This document shows, in pieces, positions 8,391-18,402 of a DNA stretch of 64,000 bases. Position 1 is the stretch's first letter, and every line of letters begins with the position of its first letter. The translations under genes and the position numbers were made by a program. The stretch is from assembly GCA_037447435.1 (NCBI GenBank), contig JBBIGR010000010.1, forward strand, positions 32,001 through 96,000. The letters run 5' to 3'. The DNA comes from Fibrobacteria bacterium (GTDB lineage: Bacteria; Fibrobacterota; Chitinivibrionia; Chitinivibrionales; FEN-1185). The notes below the pieces were generated by a model. It did no database searches, was not told where the DNA came from, and worked only from the letters and a program-made list of their open reading frames with translations.

Positions 8391-10247
8391 TCAATCCAGG
8401 GTATGCACTTTTTGCCAGGCATCTTTTTCATCCCAGGCAGGCTGCACGCTTTTTTCAAAACAATAATTCTCTATGAAGAGAACATCCATATCGGTTCTCA
8501 TGAAGCATCGGTACGCATCGAGGGGAGTGCATACAATCGGTTCGCCGCGGACGTTGAAACTGGTATTGACCAAAACTGGGTAACCGGTTTTTTTCTCAAA
8601 CGCATCCAAGAGTCCCCAAAACCTCGGATTCACCGCACGGTCCACACTTTGTATGCGCGCCGAAAAGTCTATATGGGTTACGGCGGGAATATCCGAGCGG
8701 CACAAATACAGGCGCTCCAAAAGCGGGAGGGTTTCACACGATTGCGGCAGGGCGCTTAAGCGGGACTCTTTGACTTTTGCAACAAAAAGCATGTACGGCG
8801 AGGGACTGCGTAAATCGAAATATTCTTCCACATGTTCTTCCAAAACCGCGGGTGCGAACGGACGAAAACCCTCTCGAAATTTAATCGAAAGATTCATTTT
8901 TTTTTGCATGTCCGGTCTTCTCGAATCGCCAAGTATGCTTCTGTTGCCAAGGGCCCGGGGACCAAACTCCATTCGCCCCTGAAACCAACCGATTACCTTC
9001 CCGTTCTCCAAATGAGAGACAGCGGTTTCGAACAAACGCGATTCATCCCGTATTTTGGAAAAACGCGCATTAAAATGCCGCGCTGTTTTTTCAATGTCTA
9101 TATCGGCGTACGCGGGGCCGAGTAAACTTCCGTTCATTGCATCCGGCCGGCAAACGGATCGCTTTTCACCTTTTGCAATATGCCATCCGCCCAAGGCCGC
9201 GCCTATGGCTCCGCCTGCGTCGCCGGATGCCGGTTGAATCCAAAGGTTTTTAAAAATCCCGCGGGAAAGCAATGCACCGTTTGCGACACAGTTGAGCGCA
9301 ACGCCGCCCGCCAGTACGCAATTTTCCATCCCGGTCAATTTTTTCGCCGTTGCCGCAAGCGTGAGTACGATTTCTTCGGTTATTTCCTGTATTGCGCGCG
9401 CGAGGTTCATATGCTCCTGCGTGATTTCGCTTTCTTGTTTTCTTGGGGGAATTTTGAACAACGCTTCCCATCTTTTATCGTTGCACATGGTAAGCCCTGT
9501 TGCGAAATCGAAGTAATCCATGTTAAGCAGAAACGAACCGTCATCGCGGATGTCAATTATGGACTCCACGATCTTGTTTTTCATCGCCCGCATGGCGGCG
9601 TCGTTGTTTCCGTAAGGCGCAAGGCCCATGAGTTTGTATTCGCCGCTATTGACCTTAAACCCGCTTTACTGAGTAAAGGCCGAATATAAAAGCCCGAGCG
9701 AATGGGGAAATTGTAATTCTGCAATCATCTCCAGGGTATTGCCAACTCCTTTGCCGATCGTCGTGGTTGCCCATTCTCCCACGCCGTCGAGGGTCAATAT
9801 TGCGGCTTCGGAAAACGGTGAAGGAAAATAAGCGCTTGCTGCATGCGATACGTGATGTTCCATGAAAAGCAGTTGCGGTACCCCTCCGCCCAAAGCGGAG
9901 AGTTCCTTTTTGAGCATGTCCTTTAAGAATAATTTTTCTTTGATCCAAACGGGTATTGCTTTTGCAAAGCTCGTAAAACCCTTTGGTGCAAACGCATGAT
10001 ACGTTTGCAATAACCGCTCGAATTTAAGGAGCGGTTTTTCATAAAAAACAACGAGTTCTATTTCGCTCATATCAATACCGGAATCGGAAAGCACCGATCG
10101 TATCGCGTGAGCCGGAAATGCCGGGTCGTGTTTCGTACGGGTAAACCGTTCCTCCTGCGCGGCCGCGCAGAGGGTACCGTCGATAAGCAATGCAGCCGCA
10201 CTGTCGTGATAATATGCCGAAATTCCCAATATGGCCCTTTGTTTCAA
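8391..10247 (-). pseudogene. CmcH/NodU (SxtI-like) O-carbamoyltransferase interrupted by one in-frame TAA at 9666-9668
   Basis: ORFs 9666-10247 and 8391-9629 share a frame; reading through gives 'SLGLLYSAFTQ*SGFKVNSGEYKLMGLAPYG'; motifs 'HDSAAA', 'EHHVSHAASA', 'GRMEFGPRALGNRS', 'NTSFNVRGEPIV'. Confidence 0.88.
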
Positions 10248-10259
10248 CGGCTTATTCCT

Positions 10260-10409
10260 TTAAAAAAGGGTATAAATAAAAGGAGCTATGGCCGAACCGG
10301 CGGTAAGAACGACCAGCGCGCCGAATAGCAATAAGATGACGATAAGCGGCAATAGCCAGAATTTTTTCCGTATGGCCATATAGCCGATAAAATCTTTAAA
10401 AAAATCCAT
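10260..10409 (-). CDS. Small membrane protein, DUF5989/SxtK-like, 49 aa (absent from the ORF track)
   Basis: Manual translation MDFFKDFIGYMAIRKKFWLLPLIVILLLFGALVVLTAGSAIAPFIYTLF*; characteristic 'RKKFWLLP' and 'APFIYTLF'. Confidence 0.88.
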   Translation of the reverse strand: MDFFKDFIGYMAIRKKFWLLPLIVILLLFGALVVLTAGSAIAPFIYTLF

Positions 10410-10423
10410 ATTCGAAATCTTTC

Positions 10424-10831
10424 TTAAAACGGGTTTTGAAAGTCTTGCGGCGTAATGAGGCGTTTCCTCGTTTGCAAAACGGACGCGCTGCTTTTTTTGA
10501 ACTGTTTCAAGAGTAAATCATCCTTTCCCGATATTCGTCTGACAAGTGCGACGGGCACGACGACGATACTGTAAATCAACCAAAGCATCAATCCGGATAC
10601 GATCGAACCGGCGACCAGCGATAAGCCGTACCAGCCAATTGTCAATGGCCTAAGGACTTTGGGAAAAGTCATTGTTATGAAAAGAAAGAGAACGGCAAGG
10701 GTAATTAAAAAAACAGCGTGATGGGAATACCAGATAAGCAATGAAACCGTTGCCAAGGCGGTTCCCGCGTTGCGGTCTTTTTCAAGGGTGCCGTATTTGG
10801 CATAAAAGCTATTTGGGTTTTTATTTTTCAT
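10424..10831 (-). CDS. SxtJ-family membrane protein
   Basis: Likely ATG at 10831 overlapping the upstream gene end; hydrophobic helices; 'P..L.PL...W','RRISGKDDL','FQNPF' tail. Confidence 0.78.
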   Translation of the reverse strand: MKNKNPNSFYAKYGTLEKDRNAGTALATVSLLIWYSHHAVFLITLAVLFLFITMTFPKVLRPLTIGWYGLSLVAGSIVSGLMLWLIYSIVVVPVALVRRISGKDDLLLKQFKKSSASVLQTRKRLITPQDFQNPF

Positions 10832-12134
10832 TGCCGTTTTCCACGTACCGGTTCGCAATAAGATAATCATACAAGATTTTCGCCGCGAGCGCATGTCCTT
10901 TGTTGTTCCAATGACCGTCATGTTCGAACGAGTATGATTTTGATCCTTTTGCCTTTTCGAAAAATTCCGGAATCGAGCTGATATAGGGAATTTGGCAGGA
11001 ATCGCACAATCGATTGAGCATTGTCGGCATTTGCGGTTGTTCGCCGCTGCCGTTGGACATTTCATAGACGAGTAATTTCGCTTTCAGGGAATCGACGCTG
11101 TAATGCATTGCATTGAGAAGACCGCCCAGAAGTCTTGTTTTATACTGAATCGTGCCTTCCATTGTTAAAGCCTTTTGTTCGGTTTCGCTTGTCTTGTTTA
11201 TTGCGCCTTTCCATTCGTTGTCAAGCGCATGGGTCCAATTCAGCGATCGGGTCAGCCACGGATTTTCTCTGACCGCTTTCCGGGCAAGGCAATACAAAGT
11301 GGAGTGTGCCAGATCGTTTTTGAGGCTTTTAAAAAAGCTTGCTTTACGTCCAGGAACACCGGTATCCTGCGCGGGAATGTTCCGGTCTGCCCTTTGCGGC
11401 GGTTCGTTAACGTTAAACACCGTGATATACCGGCTTGAATCCGGAAATCGAATCGGGACCGGAACGCCTCTAAGGGAAATCGTGCCGGAGTCATTTAAAG
11501 CAAAATAGGATTTGGCGTATATTCTGTTCGGATTGCGAATGGTGATATTATCGTTAAAGTCATTGCCGCTGAACACATAAATCACAATATCCGGTTTATA
11601 CCGCGCTGCCTCGGACAAAAGAGTCAAATACGATTGGTCGGTGCCGTATCCCCGTACGCCGAAATTGAGTACTTCGTACCGGTCGATTTTTTCCAGAGAA
11701 GCGGACGATGCCCTTTTCGTACCGGCATTAAGCATCTGTTCAAGCTTCGTGCTTAACAAATGCGCTTCGTCCACCTCAAAGCCGGCAATGGCCGAATTTC
11801 CTATCATGCAAATCCGTTTTATCCGGTCTTTTTTTTCATACAAACGTTCTTTGCCGCGCAGTCCCGAAGAATTGACCGCGATCGTGGTTCGTATTCGGTC
11901 CAATTGCTGTGAAAAAACTCCCCGTGAATTCGGTTTCAATTTCCAACCCCGTACCGGGTCGTACATGTAAATTTGCGCCGAGGCGCTTTCCCCGGGATAC
12001 ATAAAATCCAGAAATGCATAATATCCGCGAATGCCGAATTCCAATGCCAAAAGGGTAATTGCAATCGAAAGCACGGTAAGGCCGGCATTGCATAAAAAAG
12101 AAATAAGCAGTTTTTTTGTCCTGAAGGAATGCAT
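10821..12134 (-). CDS. Membrane-anchored SGNH/GDSL hydrolase-like protein
   Basis: N-terminal TM 'LLALEFGIR'; 'IGNSAIAG', 'NFGVRGYGTDQ', 'GND', 'DGHWN..GH'. Confidence 0.85.
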   Translation of the reverse strand: MHSFRTKKLLISFLCNAGLTVLSIAITLLALEFGIRGYYAFLDFMYPGESASAQIYMYDPVRGWKLKPNSRGVFSQQLDRIRTTIAVNSSGLRGKERLYEKKDRIKRICMIGNSAIAGFEVDEAHLLSTKLEQMLNAGTKRASSASLEKIDRYEVLNFGVRGYGTDQSYLTLLSEAARYKPDIVIYVFSGNDFNDNITIRNPNRIYAKSYFALNDSGTISLRGVPVPIRFPDSSRYITVFNVNEPPQRADRNIPAQDTGVPGRKASFFKSLKNDLAHSTLYCLARKAVRENPWLTRSLNWTHALDNEWKGAINKTSETEQKALTMEGTIQYKTRLLGGLLNAMHYSVDSLKAKLLVYEMSNGSGEQPQMPTMLNRLCDSCQIPYISSIPEFFEKAKGSKSYSFEHDGHWNNKGHALAAKILYDYLIANRYVENGNEK

Positions 12135-12274
12135 GATGGTGCGGAACCTTTTTAATTGGAGTGGACTAAGTCATTATAGCAACTGTATACTATGATGGTC
12201 AATCAGTTCCTGTATCTTTTTTATGTTTTTTACGTAGAGAATCAATAAAATAAGCTTAAATCGAGGTACCCCGC

Positions 12275-13003
12275 ATGGTAAATATTCGAATAGTCCTTGT
12301 CTGTCTCGGCCTTTTTTGTTTTCCCCTCTATGCGGGTCATAATGAAAACGAAAAGAGTATTGATCCAACGTTGGCTTTGGATATGCTCTTGCAGGGAAAT
12401 GAGCGATTTATCAACTTTGAAGCGCAGCATCCGAGGCAAATGGCGGAACAACGTCAAAAAACCGCTAAAAACGGGCAGAAACCCTTTGCATCGGTTTTAA
12501 CGTGTTCCGATTCCCGCGTCCCGGTTGAAATTCTGTTCGATGTCGGCATTGGAGACGTTTTTGTGGTCAGGGTTGCGGGTAACGTTGCCGACAAATGCGA
12601 AATTGGTTCCTTGGAATACGGAGCCGCCCATTTAGGAACCCGCCTTATCGTGGTTATGGGGCATACGAAATGCTGCGCAGTCACCGCGGCAGTTAAAAAA
12701 CAGGATGCGGGTCCTTGCGTCGCTGCGATCATCAATAAGATTTCTCCCGCACTCGAAAAAGTTAAGGCGGAAAGTAAAGGTTTGTCCGAGGATGCCGTGA
12801 TTCTTAAAGCCATACGTGCAAATGTTTGGCAATCGGTAGAAGAAATATTGGAAAGCAGCGAGGAGATCAGAAATCTGGTTTTGGAAGGCAAGGTAAAAGT
12901 CGTCGGTGCGCTGTACGATATTCAGGCAGGTACGGTTACCAATATGGGTGTGCATTATAATCAGGCAAAAATCCTCGCGAATTATAAAAATTCTAAAAAA
13001 TGA
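12275..13003 (+). CDS. Beta-class carbonic anhydrase with signal peptide
   Basis: 'GNERF', 'LTCSDSRV', 'VRVAGN', 'GSLEY', 'GHTKC'. Confidence 0.93.
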   Translation: MVNIRIVLVCLGLFCFPLYAGHNENEKSIDPTLALDMLLQGNERFINFEAQHPRQMAEQRQKTAKNGQKPFASVLTCSDSRVPVEILFDVGIGDVFVVRVAGNVADKCEIGSLEYGAAHLGTRLIVVMGHTKCCAVTAAVKKQDAGPCVAAIINKISPALEKVKAESKGLSEDAVILKAIRANVWQSVEEILESSEEIRNLVLEGKVKVVGALYDIQAGTVTNMGVHYNQAKILANYKNSKK

Positions 13004-13014
13004 TCTTTTTGTAA

Positions 13015-13539
13015 ATGTCTAAATCGATTTATCCAATCCTCATAGCCGGTATAGGCAACCCCTTACTGAGCGACGATACCGCCGGTCTTTTGGCAATAGA
13101 TATGCTGGAAAATAAAATTGCCAAAACAGAAAATGTCGTTTTAAAAAAACTCTATTGCGGCGGCTTTGATCTGGTGACCGAAATAGCCTCGTTTACTACG
13201 GTCATCATCATAGATTGCATCATCGATTCCGCGATAAAACCGGGTGAAATAAAACGGTTTCTTTTTTCCAGCCAAGATAGTATGATGGAAAAAAGCAAAT
13301 TCGCGGCATCATCCCATGGGATTGATTTGAACGATGTACTGAAAACAGGGACACTTTTAGGATACGCAATGCCGACCGACGTTATCGTATATGGAATAGG
13401 CGGGGCCGACGTTACGACCTTCAACGAATCACCTCGGGAACCGGTTAAACAGGCAATACATAGTCTTATCGGAATTATAGAAAATGATTTGAAAAACCTT
13501 AGACCACTCGGCCCTCAATCGGAGGCAAAACCCGTATGA
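13015..13539 (+). CDS. Hydrogenase maturation protease
   Basis: 'GIGNPLLSDD', 'IIID', 'SSHG'; adjacent to a NiFe hydrogenase. Confidence 0.9.
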   Translation: MSKSIYPILIAGIGNPLLSDDTAGLLAIDMLENKIAKTENVVLKKLYCGGFDLVTEIASFTTVIIIDCIIDSAIKPGEIKRFLFSSQDSMMEKSKFAASSHGIDLNDVLKTGTLLGYAMPTDVIVYGIGGADVTTFNESPREPVKQAIHSLIGIIENDLKNLRPLGPQSEAKPV

Positions 13540-15476
13540 AGGATTCGCCGCAAAAGATTGCAGTACTGCTTTGTAAATGCGGAACGAACATTTCGCAGAA
13601 CATCGACCTTACCGGCCTCGGTGACTGGGCTAAAAAACAGCCGAATGTCGTGACCGTGGTCACGCATGATCTTCTCTGCTCTCCGGCGGGAAAGCAATGT
13701 GTCGTAGACACAATCGAAAAAAGTGGAGCCGATTCCGTGCTTATTGCCGCTTGTTCTCCCAAAATGCACGAACAAACGTTCCGCGAAGAGGCGGAAAAGA
13801 AAAACCTGAATCTTGCCCGCGTGCACATGGCGAATATCCGCGAACATGCGGCATGGGTAACCCCGGATCCAAAGGATGCCCTCGATAAGGCAAAATCTCT
13901 TGTCAATGCCGCAATTAAGCGCGTGCTTACGCATGTCGATCTCGAAAAACGTTCGATGACGTGCAGTACCGATATTGTCGTGATCGGGGGCGGTATTGCC
14001 GGAATCGAGGCTGCGCTGATGGCCGCAGAAGCCGGACGCACCGTGACCATTATCGAAAAAGAGATTTCCCTTGGCGGCACTGTCATAAAAACCGATGAAG
14101 TCGCTCCGAGTATGGAATGCGCACCCTGCATGTTGGCACCGCGGCTCAGCGCGGTGCGCGAGAATAAAAACATTACCGTGATTACCAATGCGGAAGTCCG
14201 GGATGTTTTGGGCTTTTTCGGCAATTTTACGATTAAGGTATTGCGCAAGGCGCGCTATGTGACCGACGCTTGTATTGGTTGTGAAGCATGCTTCGAAACA
14301 TGCCCGGTGTCGGTGCCGAGTTCATTTCATTTGGGTTTGGGTAACCGCAAAGCAATTTACACCGAATTCCCGGGGTCGGTTCCCGCTGCTGCGGCGATAG
14401 ACGAAACTGCGTGCCTTCGCCTGCAGGGAAAACCCTGCGACGAATGCGTGAAAGCATGCGGCTTTAACGCCGTGAACTTTAACGACAAACCGGAAAATAT
14501 TCAGGTAAAGGCCGGCGCCGTTATTATTGCGATAGGGCACAATACGCCAAAAACAGAAGCGCTTTTGCGTTTTCCCCTCGGTGAGCGGGTCATTACCATG
14601 GACGAGTTCGAGCGCCTGGCCGCTTCAAACGGACCGACGGGCGGCGAGGTACGTACAAGTAAAGGAGTTCCCGCTTCTATTGCCGTTGTTCATTGCGCCG
14701 GATCGCTTTCGAGCGGTGGGCTGGACTATTGTTCCGGCATTTGCTGCATGAACAGCATGAAGGCCGGCGAACTTTTCAGGAAAAAGAATCCCGGTGGAAA
14801 AGTGACCCATATTCACGACAGGCTCGTATTTCCTTTCCCTGCCGCCGAATCGTTCTATCATCGCCAACGGGAGGAAGGGGCTACTTTTATCAAGACCGCT
14901 TCGCTGTCGGCCCTTTCCATAGAAGAAAAAAACGGAACAATGACCGTTACCGGTAAAGACTTCCCGCAAATTACCGCCGATCTTATCGTCCTGTCGCACG
15001 GCATGGGGCCGGCAAAAGACACGCGGGAACTGGGGAGTATCGCAAGTCTCGAAACCGATTCGCACGGGTATTACAAGCCCGATCATCCGCTGCTGCGCGC
15101 AATGGCGACCGGACTTTCGGGAATTTACATGGCGGGATCCTGCGTGTCGCCTTGCTCGATAAGCGAAGCGGTCATGCGAGCGCGTGCCGCTGCCGGCGAC
15201 GCCATGTCGATGCTTGTCGAAGGAAAAAATATCGAACTCGAATCCATGACCTCGTATATAGACGGACAGCTTTGTGCAGGTTGTAAACTGTGCATTGCGG
15301 TTTGTCCGTATAAAGCAATTTCGTACGACAATGAAAAAAAAATCAGCGTGATCAATGAAGCGATTTGCCGGGGCTGCGGTACCTGCGCAGCGGCGTGCGG
15401 CGCAAATGCGGCACATGCCCGCCATTATACCAATAAGCAGATTTACGCCGAAATCGAGGGGGTATTGCATGAATGA
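13536..15476 (+). CDS. hdrA: Heterodisulfide reductase subunit A-like FAD/FeS protein
   Basis: 'CKCGTNI', 'ACSP', 'NIREH', FAD site 'GGGIAG', ferredoxin CxxCxxCxxxCP motifs, 'CSGICCMNSMK'. Confidence 0.93.
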   Translation: MKDSPQKIAVLLCKCGTNISQNIDLTGLGDWAKKQPNVVTVVTHDLLCSPAGKQCVVDTIEKSGADSVLIAACSPKMHEQTFREEAEKKNLNLARVHMANIREHAAWVTPDPKDALDKAKSLVNAAIKRVLTHVDLEKRSMTCSTDIVVIGGGIAGIEAALMAAEAGRTVTIIEKEISLGGTVIKTDEVAPSMECAPCMLAPRLSAVRENKNITVITNAEVRDVLGFFGNFTIKVLRKARYVTDACIGCEACFETCPVSVPSSFHLGLGNRKAIYTEFPGSVPAAAAIDETACLRLQGKPCDECVKACGFNAVNFNDKPENIQVKAGAVIIAIGHNTPKTEALLRFPLGERVITMDEFERLAASNGPTGGEVRTSKGVPASIAVVHCAGSLSSGGLDYCSGICCMNSMKAGELFRKKNPGGKVTHIHDRLVFPFPAAESFYHRQREEGATFIKTASLSALSIEEKNGTMTVTGKDFPQITADLIVLSHGMGPAKDTRELGSIASLETDSHGYYKPDHPLLRAMATGLSGIYMAGSCVSPCSISEAVMRARAAAGDAMSMLVEGKNIELESMTSYIDGQLCAGCKLCIAVCPYKAISYDNEKKISVINEAICRGCGTCAAACGANAAHARHYTNKQIYAEIEGVLHE

Positions 15477-15900
15477 ATTTCAACCCAAAATAGTCGCTTT
15501 TGTCTGTAACTGGTGTTCGTATGCCGGTGCGGATTCGGCCGGCGGCCAAAAACTTCAATATCCCGCCAATGTCAAACTTATTCGCGTCATGTGCAGCGGC
15601 CGAGTGGACCCGCAATTCGTGATGAAGTCGTTTAAGGATGGTGCCGACGGCGTGATGGTGCTCGGTTGCCATCCCGGGGATTGCCATTATAGAAACGGGA
15701 ATCGCAAAACATATAAACGGTTTACCCTGTTTGCCGCAATGCTTTCGCAATTCGGCATCGATGCCGACCGGTTCCTGCTCGATTGGGTAGCGGCAGGAGA
15801 AGCCAAAAAATTTGCCGAGGTCGCCAATGCGATGACCGAAAAGGTCAAAAAACTCGGCCAGCTCGTTCTTGCCGGACATGTCGAAAAGGAGGTTGCGTAA
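15469..15900 (+). CDS. mvhD: [2Fe-2S] hydrogenase iron-sulfur subunit MvhD
   Basis: ATG 15469 overlapping the hdrA end; 'CNWCSYAGAD', 'MCSGRVDP', 'GCHPGDCHY'. Confidence 0.93.
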   Translation: MNEFQPKIVAFVCNWCSYAGADSAGGQKLQYPANVKLIRVMCSGRVDPQFVMKSFKDGADGVMVLGCHPGDCHYRNGNRKTYKRFTLFAAMLSQFGIDADRFLLDWVAAGEAKKFAEVANAMTEKVKKLGQLVLAGHVEKEVA

Positions 15901-16871
15901 TGACAACAAAGCCCAAAGTGGCGTTATATTGGTGTTCGTCGTGCGGCGGATGCGAGGAAACCGTGGTGGATCTCGACGAAGCGGTATTGGATGTCGTCGC
16001 CGCAATCGATATCGTGTTCTGGCCCTGCGCAATGGATTTCAAATATGCCGACGTCGAAAAATTGCGGGATAACGAGCTCGCCGTATCATTTATCAATGGG
16101 GCGATCCGAACCTCGGAACAGGAGCACGTCGCCAAATTGCTTCGGAGAAAATCCGCCGCGGTCATTGCGTTCGGGAGCTGCGCCTGCATGGGCGGCATAC
16201 CCGCCCTGGCAAATTTGACCGGTAAAAACGAAATTTTCCGTACGTCCTATTTGCATTCGCCCACGGTTGTCAACAAAGAAGGGACTGTGCCTGTCGAAAC
16301 ATCGGTCAATGCCGGTTTTACCCTCACCTTGCCGAGGTTTTTCGAAACCGTGCGCACCGTTTCCCAGGTTATCGATGTCGATTATTTTTTGCCCGGTTGC
16401 CCGCCGACGCCAACGCTCCTTGCCGCAGCGGTCAATGCTTTACTGCAGGGAAAATTGCCTCCCAAGGGATCGGTTTTACTGCCTGAAAAAGTGCTCTGTT
16501 CATCCTGCGATCGTAATGCGACAAAGCCCGACACGATGTGCGTCGACGAAATCAAGCGTATCAACCGGGTCGCTGCAGACCCTGCAAAATGTCTGCTTGC
16601 CCAGGGAATTTTATGCATGGGGCCTGTCACGCGCGACGGATGCGGTTTTCCGTGCGTAAAAGGAAACATGGCGTGTACCGGTTGTTTCGGACCTGTTGAT
16701 AACGCAGATCAGGGTGCGCGCATGATTTCGGCTCTCGGAGGAATTATTGATGCCGAAGACGATGGGTTTAAAAAGGCCGTAGCCGATGTTATCGACCCGG
16801 CCGGTTCGTTTTACCGATACTCACTGTCAACATCGCTTCTCGGAGCAAAACGAGAGGACGGAGCGCTATGA
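15900..16871 (+). CDS. mvhG: Group 3c [NiFe] hydrogenase small subunit
   Basis: TAATG overlap with mvhD; 'CSSCGGC', 'FGSCA', 'PGCPP', 'CMGPVTRDGC', 'CTGCFG'. Confidence 0.9.
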   Translation: MTTKPKVALYWCSSCGGCEETVVDLDEAVLDVVAAIDIVFWPCAMDFKYADVEKLRDNELAVSFINGAIRTSEQEHVAKLLRRKSAAVIAFGSCACMGGIPALANLTGKNEIFRTSYLHSPTVVNKEGTVPVETSVNAGFTLTLPRFFETVRTVSQVIDVDYFLPGCPPTPTLLAAAVNALLQGKLPPKGSVLLPEKVLCSSCDRNATKPDTMCVDEIKRINRVAADPAKCLLAQGILCMGPVTRDGCGFPCVKGNMACTGCFGPVDNADQGARMISALGGIIDAEDDGFKKAVADVIDPAGSFYRYSLSTSLLGAKREDGAL

Positions 16872-18388
16872 CAAAAACGATAACAATAGATCCGATCACG
16901 CGACTCGAAGGCCATGGCAAAATCGACATTCATTTGGATGATGCGGGAAATGTTGAACGGGCCTTTTTTCAGGTGCCCGAATTGCGCGGTTTCGAGGCGT
17001 TTTGCATTGGACGACCGGCCGAAGAAATGCCGCAGATCACCTCCCGCATATGCGGCGTATGTCCGACCGCGCATCATATGGCGGCAACCAAGGCGCTTGA
17101 CGCGCTTTACGATGTGACCCCAACGCTGCCGGCAAAACTGATCAGGGAGTTTTTTTATAATCTTTTTATGTTCGAAGACCATTTGCTTCATTTCTTTTTT
17201 CTCGGAGGCCCCGATTTCATAGTCGGCCCTTCGGCACCGAAGGAAAAACGGAATATTCTGGGCGTCATAGAAAAAGTCGGTATCGACGCGGGCAAACAAG
17301 TAATTGAAATCCGTAAACGGTGCAGGGAACTTATGGCCCATATCGGCGGCAAACCGATTCACCCGGTACTCGGCATTGCCGGAGGAGTGGCAAAAACAAT
17401 CGGGGACGATGTGCGGGAACAATGCATTGCGTTCAGCAGCGACGCGATTGCTTTTGCAGAATTCACGCTCAAGGCGTTCGACGACATTGTGCTTAAAAAC
17501 AAGGAGTATGTCGATCTGATCCTTGGAGACGCGTATAAAATCGACACCGGTTATATGGGCATGGTCGATGAAAAAGGACGCGTCAATTTTTATGACGGCG
17601 ATGTCCGCGTCATCGATGGAACCGGAACGCAAATCGAACGGTTTGCCCCCAAGGATTATGCGTCCGTCATCGGCGAGCATGTCGAACCCTGGACCTATAT
17701 CAAATTTCCATATTTGCGGAAACGCGGTTGGAACGGATTTACGGAAAGTAAGACTGGTTCATTGTATCGCGTGTCGCCGATTGCACGGCTCAACGTGAGC
17801 AATGGAATGGCGACGCCAAAAGCGCAGCGCGAATACGAACGGTTTTACAAAACCCTGGGTGCCAAACCGGTGCACAATACGCTTGCGATCCATTGGGCCC
17901 GGCTCGTTGAAGTTCTGAATGCGGCGGAGCGGCTTGTCGAAATAGCAAATCACGAGGAATTTTCCTCGCCCCATATCCGGAACATGGATTTAAAAACACC
18001 GACCGAAGGCGTCGGCATTGTCGAAGCCCCGCGCGGAACGCTCGTGCATCATTATAAAACGGATGAAAACGGAATATTGACCGGTGTGAACCTTATTGTC
18101 GCCACCTTGAATAATTCCGCCGCAATCAACATGTCCGTCGAAAAGGCCGCAAAGGCATTGATTAAGAATAATAAAGTGGATGACGGCTTACTCAATATGG
18201 TGGAAATGGCCTTCAGGGCCTACGATCCTTGTCTGTCGTGTGCGACGCATAATTTGCCCGGAAAAATGCCTCTGGAAATCAGGTTCATTAACAATGGTGA
18301 ACATGAATATTCCATCGTCCGCGACAGGGAAGGGACCGAGCGTCGGATACCTAAAAAAGAAAATGCAAACATTAACAATACCATTTAA
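16868..18388 (+). CDS. mvhA: Group 3c [NiFe] hydrogenase large subunit
   Basis: 'PITRLEGHGK', L1 'RICGVC', 'EAPRG', L2 'DPCLSCATH' followed by a cleavable C-terminal extension. Confidence 0.93.
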   Translation: MTKTITIDPITRLEGHGKIDIHLDDAGNVERAFFQVPELRGFEAFCIGRPAEEMPQITSRICGVCPTAHHMAATKALDALYDVTPTLPAKLIREFFYNLFMFEDHLLHFFFLGGPDFIVGPSAPKEKRNILGVIEKVGIDAGKQVIEIRKRCRELMAHIGGKPIHPVLGIAGGVAKTIGDDVREQCIAFSSDAIAFAEFTLKAFDDIVLKNKEYVDLILGDAYKIDTGYMGMVDEKGRVNFYDGDVRVIDGTGTQIERFAPKDYASVIGEHVEPWTYIKFPYLRKRGWNGFTESKTGSLYRVSPIARLNVSNGMATPKAQREYERFYKTLGAKPVHNTLAIHWARLVEVLNAAERLVEIANHEEFSSPHIRNMDLKTPTEGVGIVEAPRGTLVHHYKTDENGILTGVNLIVATLNNSAAINMSVEKAAKALIKNNKVDDGLLNMVEMAFRAYDPCLSCATHNLPGKMPLEIRFINNGEHEYSIVRDREGTERRIPKKENANINNTI

Positions 18389-18402
18389 CAAAAGGAGCAG
18401 GT

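Noticed and set aside
9666..9668. Stop-codon reassignment explaining the internal TAA
   Set aside because: TAA terminates many conserved genes here (typA, purH, mvhD); this is a single event
8391..12134. Saxitoxin biosynthesis cluster
   Set aside because: No sxtA, sxtG or other core genes; only the widespread I/J/K/L-like cassette
16811..17680. Long antisense ORFs (also 14625-15470, 13499-14248, 3412-4104, 34704-35411, 50205-50885)
   Set aside because: Shadows of well-supported genes on the opposite strand with no recognisable motifs
13536..18388. Selenocysteine recoding in HdrA/MvhD/MvhA
   Set aside because: All relevant positions are Cys codons in uninterrupted ORFs; no in-frame TGA
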